DNA of 41,920 bases, taken from positions 1-41,920 of the forward strand of contig ADNK01000123.1 in NCBI GenBank assembly GCA_000320545.1. The letters run 5' to 3'. The number at the start of each line of letters is the position of its first letter. Positions within the stretch are counted from its first letter, which is position 1. Source of the stretch: Bigelowiella natans CCMP2755. Lineage: Eukaryota; Protista; Cercozoa. Positions 12,106 to 23,752 of the stretch are shown piece after piece. Below the pieces are notes generated by a model. It saw nothing but the letters and a program-made list of their open reading frames with translations. It was not told the DNA's origin and did no database searches. The position numbers were made by a program, and so were the translations under genes.

Positions 12106-14308
12106 GAAGAAGGATGAGGATGATGGTGCTTTAAGATAGTCCGCTACTACTCTCGAAGTCAGAGGAACGTTGTCGTTGTGCGTGCGTGTGCGTGTGCGTG
12201 TGCGTATGTGTGTTTGTGTGTGTGTGTGTGTGTATTTGTGCTTTACGGTGAATCTGACATAGTGGTGGTGGTTCGCAGTGGTTGTGGGTATGAGTGATGC
12301 AACAGCAATTGGTTGTTCGCAGTGGTTGTGGGTATGAGTGGTGATGCAACAGCAATTGGTTGTTCGCAGTGGTTGTGGGTATGAGTGGTGATGCAACAGC
12401 AATTGGTCTTCTTCGCCTGGCGGTGTTGATAATGCTTAGGGTTGCAACTATTGTTGTTGTTGTTGTTGTTATTGTTTATTTAAAAAAAAAGGACATCTGA
12501 ACCTTCTTCTTCCTGTTCTCTTCTTCCCCCTCCTCACTGAGCAGGTGCTGATGACAGATCCTATTCATTCCCTGGGATTGTACATGGACTATCACGATAA
12601 GTACCTCCCTTCACAACTACTCCCCATCTCTTTGCGATGATCACTAACCTCACCTCCAACATATAGATTCGGACTTTCCCCCATAAACGTGCGCCATGTG
12701 GATCTTAGCGTCTACCCTCTGGTCGCTGATCTGCCTGTCATCGAGGTACGTTGGTGGGGGGGGGGTGGGACGTACGGGGATGATGGCTGTCTTGAAATAT
12801 ACCACATAAGGAATGATGATGCATCTTATCGACGATGAAATCATTTGTTGCGTCGCTTCTCTTCTCCCCCCCCCCCCCCCTCCTCTCTTTCTCTCTTTCT
12901 CTCTGTGTGTGTGTGTGTGTGTGTGTCCAACCTCACTTACTTGTGGAATGGCCGACTTATCTTCGCGAAAGGTAAATATTACCAAAGGGGACCTCTTGTT
13001 CATCCCGACACACTGGTGGCATCAGGTACTCTTTCTCCTCCTCCTCCTCCTCCTCCTCCTTAGTAAGACAACAGAAGCAGCAGAAGTTGTAGTAGTAGTA
13101 GTCGTCATCGTCGTCGAGATATGATGATAATGATGATGATGATAATGGTGGTGATTTGCGATGGCTTTTCTCTGCCACCGTCCTTTTCTATGCGCCCCCT
13201 GCTCTCCCGACACACCCTCGTTTTTGTCCAGATTAATTCGTTCAAGAATGATTCGCGCAACATGGCTCTGAGTATGGTAGTAGTGGTAGGGAAATAGGAG
13301 GAGGAGGCTTTTCCCAAGGGACACAACAAAATGCTGATGAATTAGTTCTACAAAGCTGTGTGTGCGAGAGAATTGAGGGGGTCTGTTTGGGCATCATCAT
13401 CATCATCATAATCATAACCATCATCATCATCATCACCATCATCACCACAATCACTGTTGTATGTGACCTTTCAGGGATGGCACGGCTTATTTCCGGTGGG
13501 AGATGTGGACGACAACATTGGATTCTTGCGTCAGGTCGTGCTGCTGTTGCTGCCGCTACATCTTTGTTCTCCTCTTTAATTTCCCCATCCGAACCAGTAT
13601 TATTATTATCATTAATATTATTATCATTATTATTATTATTATCATCATCATCATCATTATCAATTGCCATCATTACGATCATCATCATCGTTCTCATCCT
13701 TCCAAACATTACATCCTTGCTTTCCTCTCGATGCTCCCTAACTCCCTTTGATCAGGGCCTGAAAGAGATCAAGAATGTTCCCAGTTCAGACGGCATATTC
13801 GCGTGCGTGCATGCGTGCATGCAAGCTACATAATCCATCACAACAATAACAACACTAATGACGAAAATGATGATGCCCCCCCCCCCCTTCCTCGTCTCCC
13901 CCTTCTTGGTAATTTGAAATGATAATGATCTCTCAGGCTGGAATTGATGAAGTGGTCCGAACGTATCCGAAACATCTCTTATATTTACGAGAATATGACC
14001 ACGGAGGAGTTGTGCGGCGAGATACTCGGTGATTCTCTCATCTCTATGCAATCACGAATCTATGTGTGTATATGTGTGTGCGCAGTGTGTGTGTTGATGT
14101 TGCGCTGGTTGTGTTTCGAACGAATACCATCGCCGTCGCAAAGTGCTCTTGATATACTTTTTAAAAGATTGTTTCCATCATTGTCGTTGTCTTCCTTGCA
14201 TCATTCTTCTGTTCTCTTTTCATCGTTGTCAAAGACGAAGCGACTCTGGCTGAGGTAGCGATGCTGCATGACCAAAGTTGGTATATGTACGGATTGGGCA
14301 GTGAGGTA
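9725..14308 (+). CDS. JmjC/cupin_8 2-oxoglutarate Fe(II) oxygenase with N-terminal signal peptide; probably continues to ~16749
   Basis: ATG 9725 gives MARMARALVVYCQVILPLAAAP. Spliced exons give KPVVMRGC..KWTDEY, MTFEEFL, MWFSSGATESSQHFDTHDNLLGMIDGSKQV (HxD at ~12000), SPINVRHVDLSVYP, GDLLFIPTHWWHQ (third His ~13020) and RNMALSMGW. Further exon-like blocks with AG/GT ends occur at 14697-16749, but I could not fully resolve their frame. Confidence 0.8.
10429..10498. repeat. (TA)n/(TG)n intronic microsatellite
   Basis: Directly visible. Confidence 0.95.
12271..12407. repeat. Intronic minisatellite, 3 copies of a 44-47 bp unit
   Basis: GTTCGCAGTGGTTGTGGGTATGAGTG(GTG)ATGCAACAGCAATTGGTT starting at 12271, 12315 and 12362. 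Confidence 0.95.
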
Positions 14309-14334
14309 GTAAGCCGTTCCACTTATCAAATACA

Positions 14335-14442
14335 GAAGAAGAAATAGAAGAAGAAGAAGAAGAAGAAGAAGAAGAAGAAAAGGGAGAATGTACTCTCAAT
14401 TTTGAGGATAATAATACAAAGTAGAACGGCAGCATTAGCCGT

Positions 14443-14484
<42 letters not shown>
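14335..14484. repeat. (GAA)n and (GA)n purine microsatellites
   Basis: Directly visible. Confidence 0.9.
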
Positions 14485-14489
<5 letters not shown>

Positions 14490-17400
14490 GGGGGGGGGAG
14501 AGGGGGGAGCCATTCGTGTCGTACCATGCGTAATGTTCATCATATGGATAGGTGATACTAATACGCCATTCTTCTTCTTCGATCCTCTTGTTCCGTGCTA
14601 CACCCTGATTGTCGCTGATATGCTGCTCCCCCCCCCCCCCTCTCCCTCCTACCTACCCTCCTTCCTTCATGCTGGCATCACTCGTCCCAACCTTAGAATC
14701 TTAAGAGCGGTAGCGACTTCTTCCGTCGCGTACTTATTCCGAACGCGGAGACGGTGGCCTCGGTACTGCTCTTTCAATCGTGCGCTAAGAGTTTTTGTTT
14801 ACACACTCCTCAGAAGCCCAATTTCTTGTTGTTAGTCATTACTATTTGTTGATATCGGTCGTTCTTTGCTGTCCGTCCTCTCTCCTGTCGGAACAGGCCA
14901 TCGCTAAGAACCTTAACGTGGTGATATGGCCAGAGTTATGCTCCATTCGAGCTACCTGGGCGTTTAAGGTACACATCCTATCCTCCTTCTCATCATCGTC
15001 ATCATCCATTACAGTTACATGGTCGTGTACGCGTGGATGAATAGGAAGAGGCGTTTGTTACTGATTTCAAAGGACCTGCGCCCACCATCACCCGCCATCA
15101 ACTCAGTACCGAACATTCCTTTTTACTCCTCTAACGGAAATCACTATGTACCCCTGACGAAAGATCGCTAGTGATTATATTGCAATCCTCCATCGCGGGT
15201 TCAGCTTTATAAGAAACACTTTCGAACAATGACTCGATGATTTGCCATTTCCACACAAATACACATCCCCGCTCCCCCTCGTAGCATTTCGAAAACACAG
15301 CAGCTATAGCAAAATGGTCCGTGCAATTATTCTCTACTTTCCCCCGTCATCTTCCTCTCTCTTCATTCAGACGAAAAGTTGCTGTTGGACTACGATCTCA
15401 TCGTGTTTGTCAAAGAGTGAGTGCCAGTTAACAGCAGTTGTAGTAGAGAACAAGAAGAAGAAGTAGAAGAAGAGAAAGAGTGTATCGTCGTTTCTTCAAA
15501 ATGGTACTTGTCGTAGCCACAATAAGGAGGAGGAAGCAGAAGTGGCAGTTGTATGTTGTAGTTAGTAGTTCCACATTGCTGCAAGTTTTAATTGACACTA
15601 CACACGCTCTTCTTCTTTCGAAAGCCTTTTGGTCGAGGTGCTGAAATGTCGTATCATCGCCATTTAAACCACACTATGATTACCATCTAATCATGATTGC
15701 CGTCATTAGCGACCAAAGCTTCCTAACATATCTAAATATGGAGTGGCCAGAAAAGGTCTTGCCCCCCCCCCCCTCCCCCCTATACTATACACACACGCGC
15801 TCTCTTCTTCGGAAATAACAACGGTTTTTCTGTAGGAGGAGTTAATGTTTAGTCTTATTCGTGAGAAGAAGATCCGCGTCGCTGTGAAGAAGGATCTGAA
15901 CGGGGAACAACGTACAGAAAACAAGCAGAGATGATTCATTGATGATGGGAGGCATTGCTGAGAGGGGAGGGGGTGTTAAAGACAGTAGCTCGCTGTTGCT
16001 TGTTTAGAGCATAAAATTTCTTCCATGTGATCTTGATGATAATGCTTACCCTTTCTCTTCCCCCCCCTCCCCATTGTGGGCACTTCGCAGGGAGAAACGG
16101 TCCGATGACAGCCATTAGGAGCTTCCACCGTTGTATCTCCCAATTGATAAGGTAGCAGTAGCTGTTGCAGTAGTAAGTAGCAATCGAAGATATAACAATG
16201 AATGACGACCACGTCGACGACACAACATTTCTCCTTACAATTACCGTTTTTAGTCAACGGTGCGTGCAATATGGTGGTGGTGGTGGTGCTGATGATGATG
16301 ATAATGATGATGATATGCGCGTGTAATGCCAGTATACGACACAATACATACGGTTCCTGGATACCTGTCCGTGTTAAAGCGTGCTTCTCATATCATCGCC
16401 CCCTCCTCCTCTCGTACCTCTTCCGCTGTTCTCCCATCCTACAGACAGGCCTCGAGTGCACGATTTCTCATGCATGAACGGATGAGTAGTTCTTCGGCGG
16501 CGACAACACCACCCCCGCCGCAGCAATATTCTACGGTGTGATTTGGTGGTGATTCCTGAATGCGGAGTGAGTTGCTGTATTATATTTGGGCGTGAAGATT
16601 ATCATTATTGGTGTGTATCTTGGGCACCGCTGTTTCTCACTTGTCTATGCCTCCTTTAAATATGTTGCTTGGCCAAGCAAATACTAATACGCCACCATGT
16701 ACCTTCTGCAGAGTACGACGGACGTGGGGAGGGACATGAGCGCAGATAGACCGCCTGTGTGCCAGACGAGCGGTGAAACGCAAATAAAGATGATGATGAT
16801 ATAATGATAATATCGGAAGAGAATCACGGGAGGGGGAGAAGTAAATGATGAGACATCAAAATAAAATGCTTTTGACATTCTTCTTTTGTGCGTTCGTCGC
16901 TCCTTTCTCACTGGCGATTTTTTGAGATGCTAAGCAATCATCATTACCACTATCACCATCATCATCATCATCATCAGCTTATCATCATCATGATTTCCAT
17001 CGTCGTCGTTGTTCATCTTCTATTTTGTTGTCAATTTGGTGGTGACACTATCGAAGACGGGAGTGATGGTGTTTGTTCTGGTTCTGGAGGAGTGCCGCCT
17101 TCAAAGGTAACATGACAGATGGCTTTGCTAGCCGCTGCTAGTATATTGTAACAAGAAATAATCATGAAAGCATGTATTTACCACCCAGTAGGGACTGTAG
17201 CCGTTATAGTGCCTTGTCGAGGCAACCTCATAATCTGTTTTCATCCTTATCTGAACAAATGGACGCCACACTTGTGCATTTCGGCAGGTACCTCATCCAC
17301 CGCCACGCAGAGGCAATTTCTTCACTGCTTTGGCGCGCGTACATGTAAATACGAACAATGGCAAGTAATGATGCAGCCATTGCTATGCTAAACCAGTGGA

Positions 17401-17801
17401 GTACGTACGTCGAGCTGAGTGGCTGTATTGTTTAGAGCCCTTGCTGCTATGTATGCATAAAAGTTTATTTTCTAAAAAATAAATTTTAAACAAGCTGTGC
17501 ATGGCGGGAGCTTGAATTGCTAAGCATGTCAGCAGTAGCTGCTGATGCGTTTATGGAAAGTAGTCATGTGGAACCGCGCATACTCCATAGGAGGAGAGAA
17601 TTTTTTATTCGCCTGTCTAGCTGTGCTCACTCTGATGAAACTTAGACATTCGAACAATGCAAGCGTTGGAAGAACAGGCGGGTTCATGCTGTTTGTACTG
17701 TGCGATACTGGGGCTTCAGTTTTGATGATGCGCAAGCCAAACCGATGGGAACCATTGTTCTGATGCTCAATTTGGGTTGAGGCGATCAGCCACAGCACAT
17801 C

Positions 17802-19163
17802 TTAGCATTCACCACAGTTAAGGATCGTAATCTGTGCAAATACGGAATGAATTTGAGTCTCGTAATGGGCTGTGTAGGTGAGACCGTGGTAAAATTTTTA
17901 TGGGTGAACAAGTACGTATTTTGAAATGACAGTCTCTTTGAAAGTGAAGACAGTTCAGATGAAGATCTCATCATGACACAGACATATGTAACAATGCAAT
18001 GCTGGCGAATTTAGCAGAAGGCGTGAGACACTGTCAAGAACGGCAGTATTAGGTCACCTTTTTCTTGGTTCTTCCATCACTGCTGCCCAGAGATTCCACT
18101 GCCTTGACGACATTCATGCCTTCGACCACCTGGAGAGATTCAAAATAGATGTCAGATTTCAACGCCAACATCCATAATATGCGATCACACGATCTGAGAC
18201 CAAACTTGTGTGTTTGTCTCTGGAAATGAAGATGAATTGCGGTTGTGGTTGAGGTGAGCAGTGATGATGATGAGACCTTGCCAAAAACAACGTGTTTGCC
18301 ATCTAGCCAACTGGTCTTAACAGTGCAAAGGAAAAATTGAGACCTGAACATCAGCACGCTAAAACTCAGCAACTTCCTTACAGCTTCAATTAACACGATG
18401 TGGACATCCGAAGGTCCAGCGTTCTCGATGATGCACATGATGCAATACAGCAAAATGCACATGCGAACCCACACTCACCACCAGCATACAGAAACATCCA
18501 GTCCGATGTGTCGGCATTATCAGTGGGATTTGATTCAAGTTACTAAATTCTCCAACCCAAAAGTAACCGACTTAATTTTTCTGAAACTTTGCGTACCCAT
18601 TCGTGTTTGGTCCAGCATTGGCCATTGACAGAATGCCAGGTCCAGTGTGCTGGAGTTTGAAGTTCTCGTCATCAAACTTGTGTCCATAAATGGATTTTCC
18701 GCCTACCAGAGAAATCAGAAATAAGAATAGAAATAAGAATCTCGTTATCGCGCGGTATGAGTGATGCATGATCACCCAAATATTAACCCACAGTTGCGAA
18801 ATGCGTAAGATGTTTTGCCGTACCAGTTCCATTCTGATTGGTGAAATCACCTCCTTGGCACATGAAATCAGGAATGACCCTACATGTATAATTTAAACAT
18901 TGTCCAGCTTAGGTTACAGCAGAATCAGCAATGTATTTGGATTATATTCACATTCGTTTAGTGTGCATGTTTGTATGTATGTGCTCACGATACCTGTGGA
19001 AAGGTGAGCCTTTGTAGCCGAAGCCCTTCTCTCCAGTGCACAGTGCTCTGAAGTTCTCACATGTCTTCGGGACAACATCGTTCCTGACGCAGATTGTCAT
19101 GTTCAATCACACTCTTGTCTTTTGATAGAAACTACATTATCGAAAATCTGATTCAAGATAATT

Positions 19164-19218
<55 letters not shown>

Positions 19219-19370
19219 TGTCGTGGAAATTTGAAAATTTCGAGACTCTATGAGAAACAGTCTCAGCGCATCAAACAAAATTTTCGCAACCTTAGTTCCA
19301 TGACGATTTTCCCAATTGACTTGCCGTCAACTCCCATTTCGAAGTAACACTTGGTAAGCTTAGTGGACAT
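17802..19370 (-). CDS. Cyclophilin-type peptidyl-prolyl cis-trans isomerase (CypA-like)
   Basis: Seven exons: 19291-19370, 18994-19083, 18824-18879, 18597-18702, 18277-18343, 18058-18129, 17802-17831. They give [92 protein letters not shown]. Probable 5'UTR intron at 19371-19476. Confidence 0.96.
19170..19216. repeat. (CT)n microsatellite in cyclophilin intron
   Basis: Directly visible. Confidence 0.95.
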
Positions 19371-19809
19371 CTACAAAATTTGCACGTGAATACATCATCA
19401 TTACTAGCCTTCCATCTTTCATGAGAATCTCCAACACTCCGAGTGGAAAGTTGTCATTCGATTGCGCCGCAGCTACCTTGTTGTTTCGCTGTCTCGATTA
19501 ATTGCAAAGTGCGTGAGGTAGTTGGATTTTGTGGTTGATCTCGAAAGATCTTTTTCATGAGTTCGTAACGGATCCAAATGATTATTACGCACTATTCTAA
19601 GTTGTTAAAGTCCTGCGACAACAACAAAAAAACATTTCCGAAGTTGAAATGGCCAAAATCTTAATGAAAAAGGAACTTTATTTTTCGGTGCTTAATGAAA
19701 AAAGATATTGCCAAATGCGATGACGCAAACGTCATGCGGATCACCAACTGCGACAAACTAAGAATTGACAGTCATTTACAAATCAGAATCGAAGAAATCC
19801 ACGAAATTA

Positions 19810-20970
19810 CGGGTTCGTTCTCTGACCGAGACTCAAAAAGCCACCTGAAGCCAGTTCGAGGCACTGCACTTCGCACGCCGTGCTGGCGTGCTGCAAGTGC
19901 ACATGTTGGCACACTTTGGAGATGTGGTTTTTCATCATTGTTCTCATTGTTCTCACCTCTCCAGATCTCCCTGCACTGTTGGTCGCACGGCTGCTGCTAG
20001 CAGAGATTGCCACAGCGCTCGTGGTCTCAGTTCCAAAGGGCAACCATCACACGACGATGTTGACTCAACACTTGCAGCCTTCGCTCTTTGAAAGGGATCC
20101 AACAGAGCTCACAATCGAGCGCGACACCAACAACACGTTGCAGCAGTCAGAAACTGTGCGCGGAAAGGCAGGAATGCACAATTCCAGAATTGCGGGGGTC
20201 CCAGTGGACGCGATTGCAGGAGCGCTTGAGCAGCAGGCCAGCATGGCACAGCGTGTGTGGTGCCCTGCCAGCCTGCCAGTGTGCCACACCAGCACTGTCA
20301 GCACACCTTGCTAGCTCTCTAGCAGTTCAGTGAGCCTGTGTGCTTGCGTGCTCATGGCGCATCACGACCTGGCCAGCCAGCGATTTGCGATGCACAACAG
20401 ACGTGCGCACACGTGACGTGCACAATGTGCATGACGTGCATTGTTGCACTTTGTCTGCAGTCATGCAGGGCCTTGCTGAGTGCACACACGTTTGGCGTGC
20501 ACACAATGCAAGCGATGGGCATCGTTTGACTGTGGCATTGATGACACCACAAAGCCACACGTGCATTCAGCATTGTTGAACTCTGTGATGAACATTGAGA
20601 CAACAATTGCAGCGTGATCATGTTCACGTGCAAAGGGATTGATGCGGATCAAATCGTGCAGCACAGAGACACTCACTTGCATGCTCACAATGGACGTGCG
20701 TGTGCACACAATGCACACAACACGTGTGATGCTTCGCACACGCATGGAACCACACGCACGTCGCACTGCGCCAATGAGTCCATGGAAGTCTCGAAATTGC
20801 ATTGAACATGCGTGGTGCTCGCGAATCACACCAGCGTGCATGGAGCACGGTGCTGGAAAGCTGCACGTGGGCGCGAGATTTTTGGAACACATGCTGAATG
20901 AGATGTGCGCACAGCCTGCAGATGCACACTTCATGTTTTCACTGACGCATTTCATTGCTCACGTGCTGCT
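19810..20970. other. TpA-depleted, TpG/CpA-rich intergenic tract (putative A-to-G hypermutated DNA)
   Basis: By manual scan only 3 TpA in ~1160 bp (CTAG at 19997, 20311, 20319). CpG is still frequent. Confidence 0.9.
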
Positions 20971-21020
20971 ACTACTCGTTGAGTACAAATTTGAAAGAAG
21001 TTACAAATTTTCCCATCTTC

Positions 21021-21987
21021 CTAATTGTCATCAACCATTGGTTGGTTGTCACTGTCTTTCTCATCATCTTGAGGAAGCTTTGTCCAGCTAGACGAAAGGT
21101 AGGTACTTTCTAGATCTTTCAATGCAACATTCATTTCTTCCGACAACTGAGCAAAAAAGTAAACAAGAAAACAATTTGATTAGAGATCGTTCAGAACTCT
21201 ATCACTAGTACTAATACCGATCGTAATTCATCTTTGATTCTACTTGTCTGAGAATCAAATCTTTGCGCGAGAATTTTTTTGTTCATTCCCTCGTCTCTGA
21301 ATCACACACATCAACGCGTCTCATAACTTGCGCGACAGTAGTCAGCGCAAAAATATTTTGCCGACGGAAGAACCTGTAGGGGGCTCTAACGATGTAGGTT
21401 TTCTTGAGCTGTGATACTAATCCGAGGAGAGATTCTGCGGCAAAAACCTGCACGAAGGCGAAGTTAGAAGGAATAATGCGAGGTGGGAAAGCCACAAGCT
21501 TACCATGCTATTTATTGTTGAATCTGTAACAAGTTCCTTGCTCTTCGTGTCCGCATGCACGTGAGAATACTTCATACTACCTGGAATAACGAGAAAGATG
21601 GTTAAATACAAAATAGGGTTTAATGTCGCAGCCGCAACATGAAGTTTCTAGGTGGACCGATTGTCTGTGGCTGATGATCTGCAGTGTTTGAAGAGAGATC
21701 TTGTCCCAGCTGTAAATATCACAAGAAAATTCAGCATGGATCTGGGATGCGGTATTGTTATATAAATTAGGAGATGGTTTCCAACCCGGCACGCTTTGAC
21801 CAGCTCTCCACCTTTTTCTCGCAGGGTTTTGATATGCACATTCATCGTCTCCACCATGGCAACCTTCTCTTTGTAGGAACCCTATATTTGTATAAACCAA
21901 ACATGGGGAAGCGAAAGAGGACTGAGAAGATCCTTTACACCTCTACAAGAAAGATGAAAAAGTTGGAAAAGGGAGAACCGTGGCCAT
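21021..21987 (-). CDS. MED22: Mediator complex subunit 22
   Basis: ATG in GCCACCATGG context at 21987. Exons 21979-21987, 21786-21881, 21658-21709, 21504-21580, 21374-21447, ~21220-21296, 21021-~21146. The protein contains MVFAAESLLGLVSQLKKTYIV and LSEEMNVALKDLESTYLSS, resembling recalled MED22 motifs (VRAGESLMKLVSDLKQ; LYELEEEYYSS). Not visible as a single ORF in the track. Confidence 0.78.
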
Positions 21988-22235
21988 GGTGGCAGCGTGA
22001 GAATTCTGGTGCAAGCAATGCGAAGGGCGCGACATCAACTTCACCCATTAATGTCGGGAGCTAATGTATGTACACGTGCGGCAAAGCCAATTTCGTTCTT
22101 CATCAACGATAAATCTTGCGCAAATCCCCGATCACACAGTATTTATACCCTGCGACATTACATCAGTGCCAGTTTTTCAGTTTCGGATGACCGAAAAAAT
22201 CTATAAAAAGTTCGGCTCTTGACCCTAACATAAAG
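21988..22235. promoter_or_regulatory. Putative bidirectional promoter, MED22/fibrillin-like gene
   Basis: About 250 bp between divergent ATGs; free of microsatellites. Confidence 0.45.
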
Positions 22236-23058
22236 ATGGCGGGCACCCCCAAATCTCGGTCAATGAGAAACTTTGAGATGGGTTGGCATCATGGTCCCAT
22301 GAGCTTGTCCGCCAAAGCTGCCCTCTTCCTAACTCTTGGAATTTTACCTATGAACATAAATGCAAATTTGGCTTCCCTGCCAAAAACAAGGTCCTGTAAT
22401 TTTTCGGAAGAGATTCTCAGAGAAACTAGACGTTAACGCTTTGTTCATATTCTTCTCTTCTTATTACCTTTTCCTTAAATGGTTTTTAAAATTAGGTCAA
22501 CCACATTTACACGGGACTTGAAGGGAAACATTGGTAACAGTATGATCATGGCAATGCCGGTGACTGCTGCTGCAAAGGATGTCCTTGTCCCACTTTCAGG
22601 CTCAAGATCGATGGCAATTTTCGCAAAGCTACGGGAATCTTCCCCTGTCAATCATAGGAAAATTTCCAAAAACTATAAGCACAATGGCTTTGCTGAACGG
22701 CCAAACAATCCTCAGAAGAGGCGTGTGAGCGGGCAGGGAAATGGTGTACGCCGTCGACAAGCAATGGGTAGCACTTTCTCAGCGCTAGCCTCTACTGCAG
22801 CAAATACTGCCTCTGCATCTACTGATACGTTGTCCAACGAACCCACAATGCAATGGAAGGATAAGTTTGCAGTTGACATGGCGCCAAAAGCGAGCAAAAT
22901 TTACGAATCTCTCGCCGTCAATTGGGCAGCGCCCTTTCTTGCTGCTGCAGGAGGTCTCGCGGCTCGGAAGTTTGGGAGTGACACGGCTAATCTCTTGAAA
23001 CAGGATTCATCGGAGAACGACATCAGACCGGTTGTGCGAGATTTTCAGAGGTAAACAA

Positions 23059-23104
<46 letters not shown>

Positions 23105-23715
23105 TCAGCTGTGAAGAGAGTGAGAAAAAACAAGTGATATGCACACCTCCTTATCTCGCTTCAGGACACGGTTGGCCTTAATGGCATCGATTCAAGATCT
23201 TGAAGATGGCTTCTCTGGGAATAAGAATGAGTGAGTACAATTACGAGGATAATACTGTTAATCGCTTTTTATGTGTCGCGTAGTAGTGAACCTGAACGAG
23301 TTTTTGAGCCACTAGAGAGGCATTTATTTTATTAGTTATATCTTAAAGTATGAGGACACTTTGTTTGCTTTATCCCTCCTGAGGCAGCAGCCAACTAAAC
23401 TGAAACAATTTTTTCCCCTCCTTCTCTTTCTCTTTCTTAGCCGGATCGTGAAATTCGCCCTGGATTTTGTTGAAGCGAGCCGCAAGAAGAGAGAAATGGC
23501 AGCACGAGAAATGATGGAAGTGGGCGAAGGGGAGGTGTCATCGCCTTCATCCACCACAGCATCGGTTCCCATTCAGGAGGAGGAGGAACCGAATGAAATC
23601 CCGTTCGGAAGGTAGTCTCTAGTTGCTGTGTTACTGATGTTGAAATCATCATGAGGGTAAGCAGGCAGCAGCAGCGGAGAGCAACATGTGATTCCAATTA
23701 TCCATATTGGCTCGG

Positions 23716-23752
<37 letters not shown>

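Noticed and set aside
12271-12407. Possible CRISPR-like array
   Set aside because: Contiguous tandem units with no unique spacers, inside a eukaryotic intron.
10335-17115. Many short ORFs with poly-H/T/C/V/I/M runs
   Set aside because: Translations of intronic microsatellites, not genes.
20400-20966. Cluster of about six CACGTG (G-box/E-box) sites as an enhancer
   Set aside because: More simply explained as converted TACGTA within the TpA-free tract. It would not explain the loss of all other TpA.
19810-20970. CpG-methylation decay as the cause of the TpG/CpA excess
   Set aside because: CpG is still common and the missing dinucleotide is TpA.
19695-21091. Dense stack of overlapping ORFs on both strands rich in C, H, V, A and M
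   Set aside because: Loss of TpA removes TAA/TAG stops and Tyr codons and enriches TG/CA codons. No recognisable domain or splice structure, so treated as a compositional artefact.
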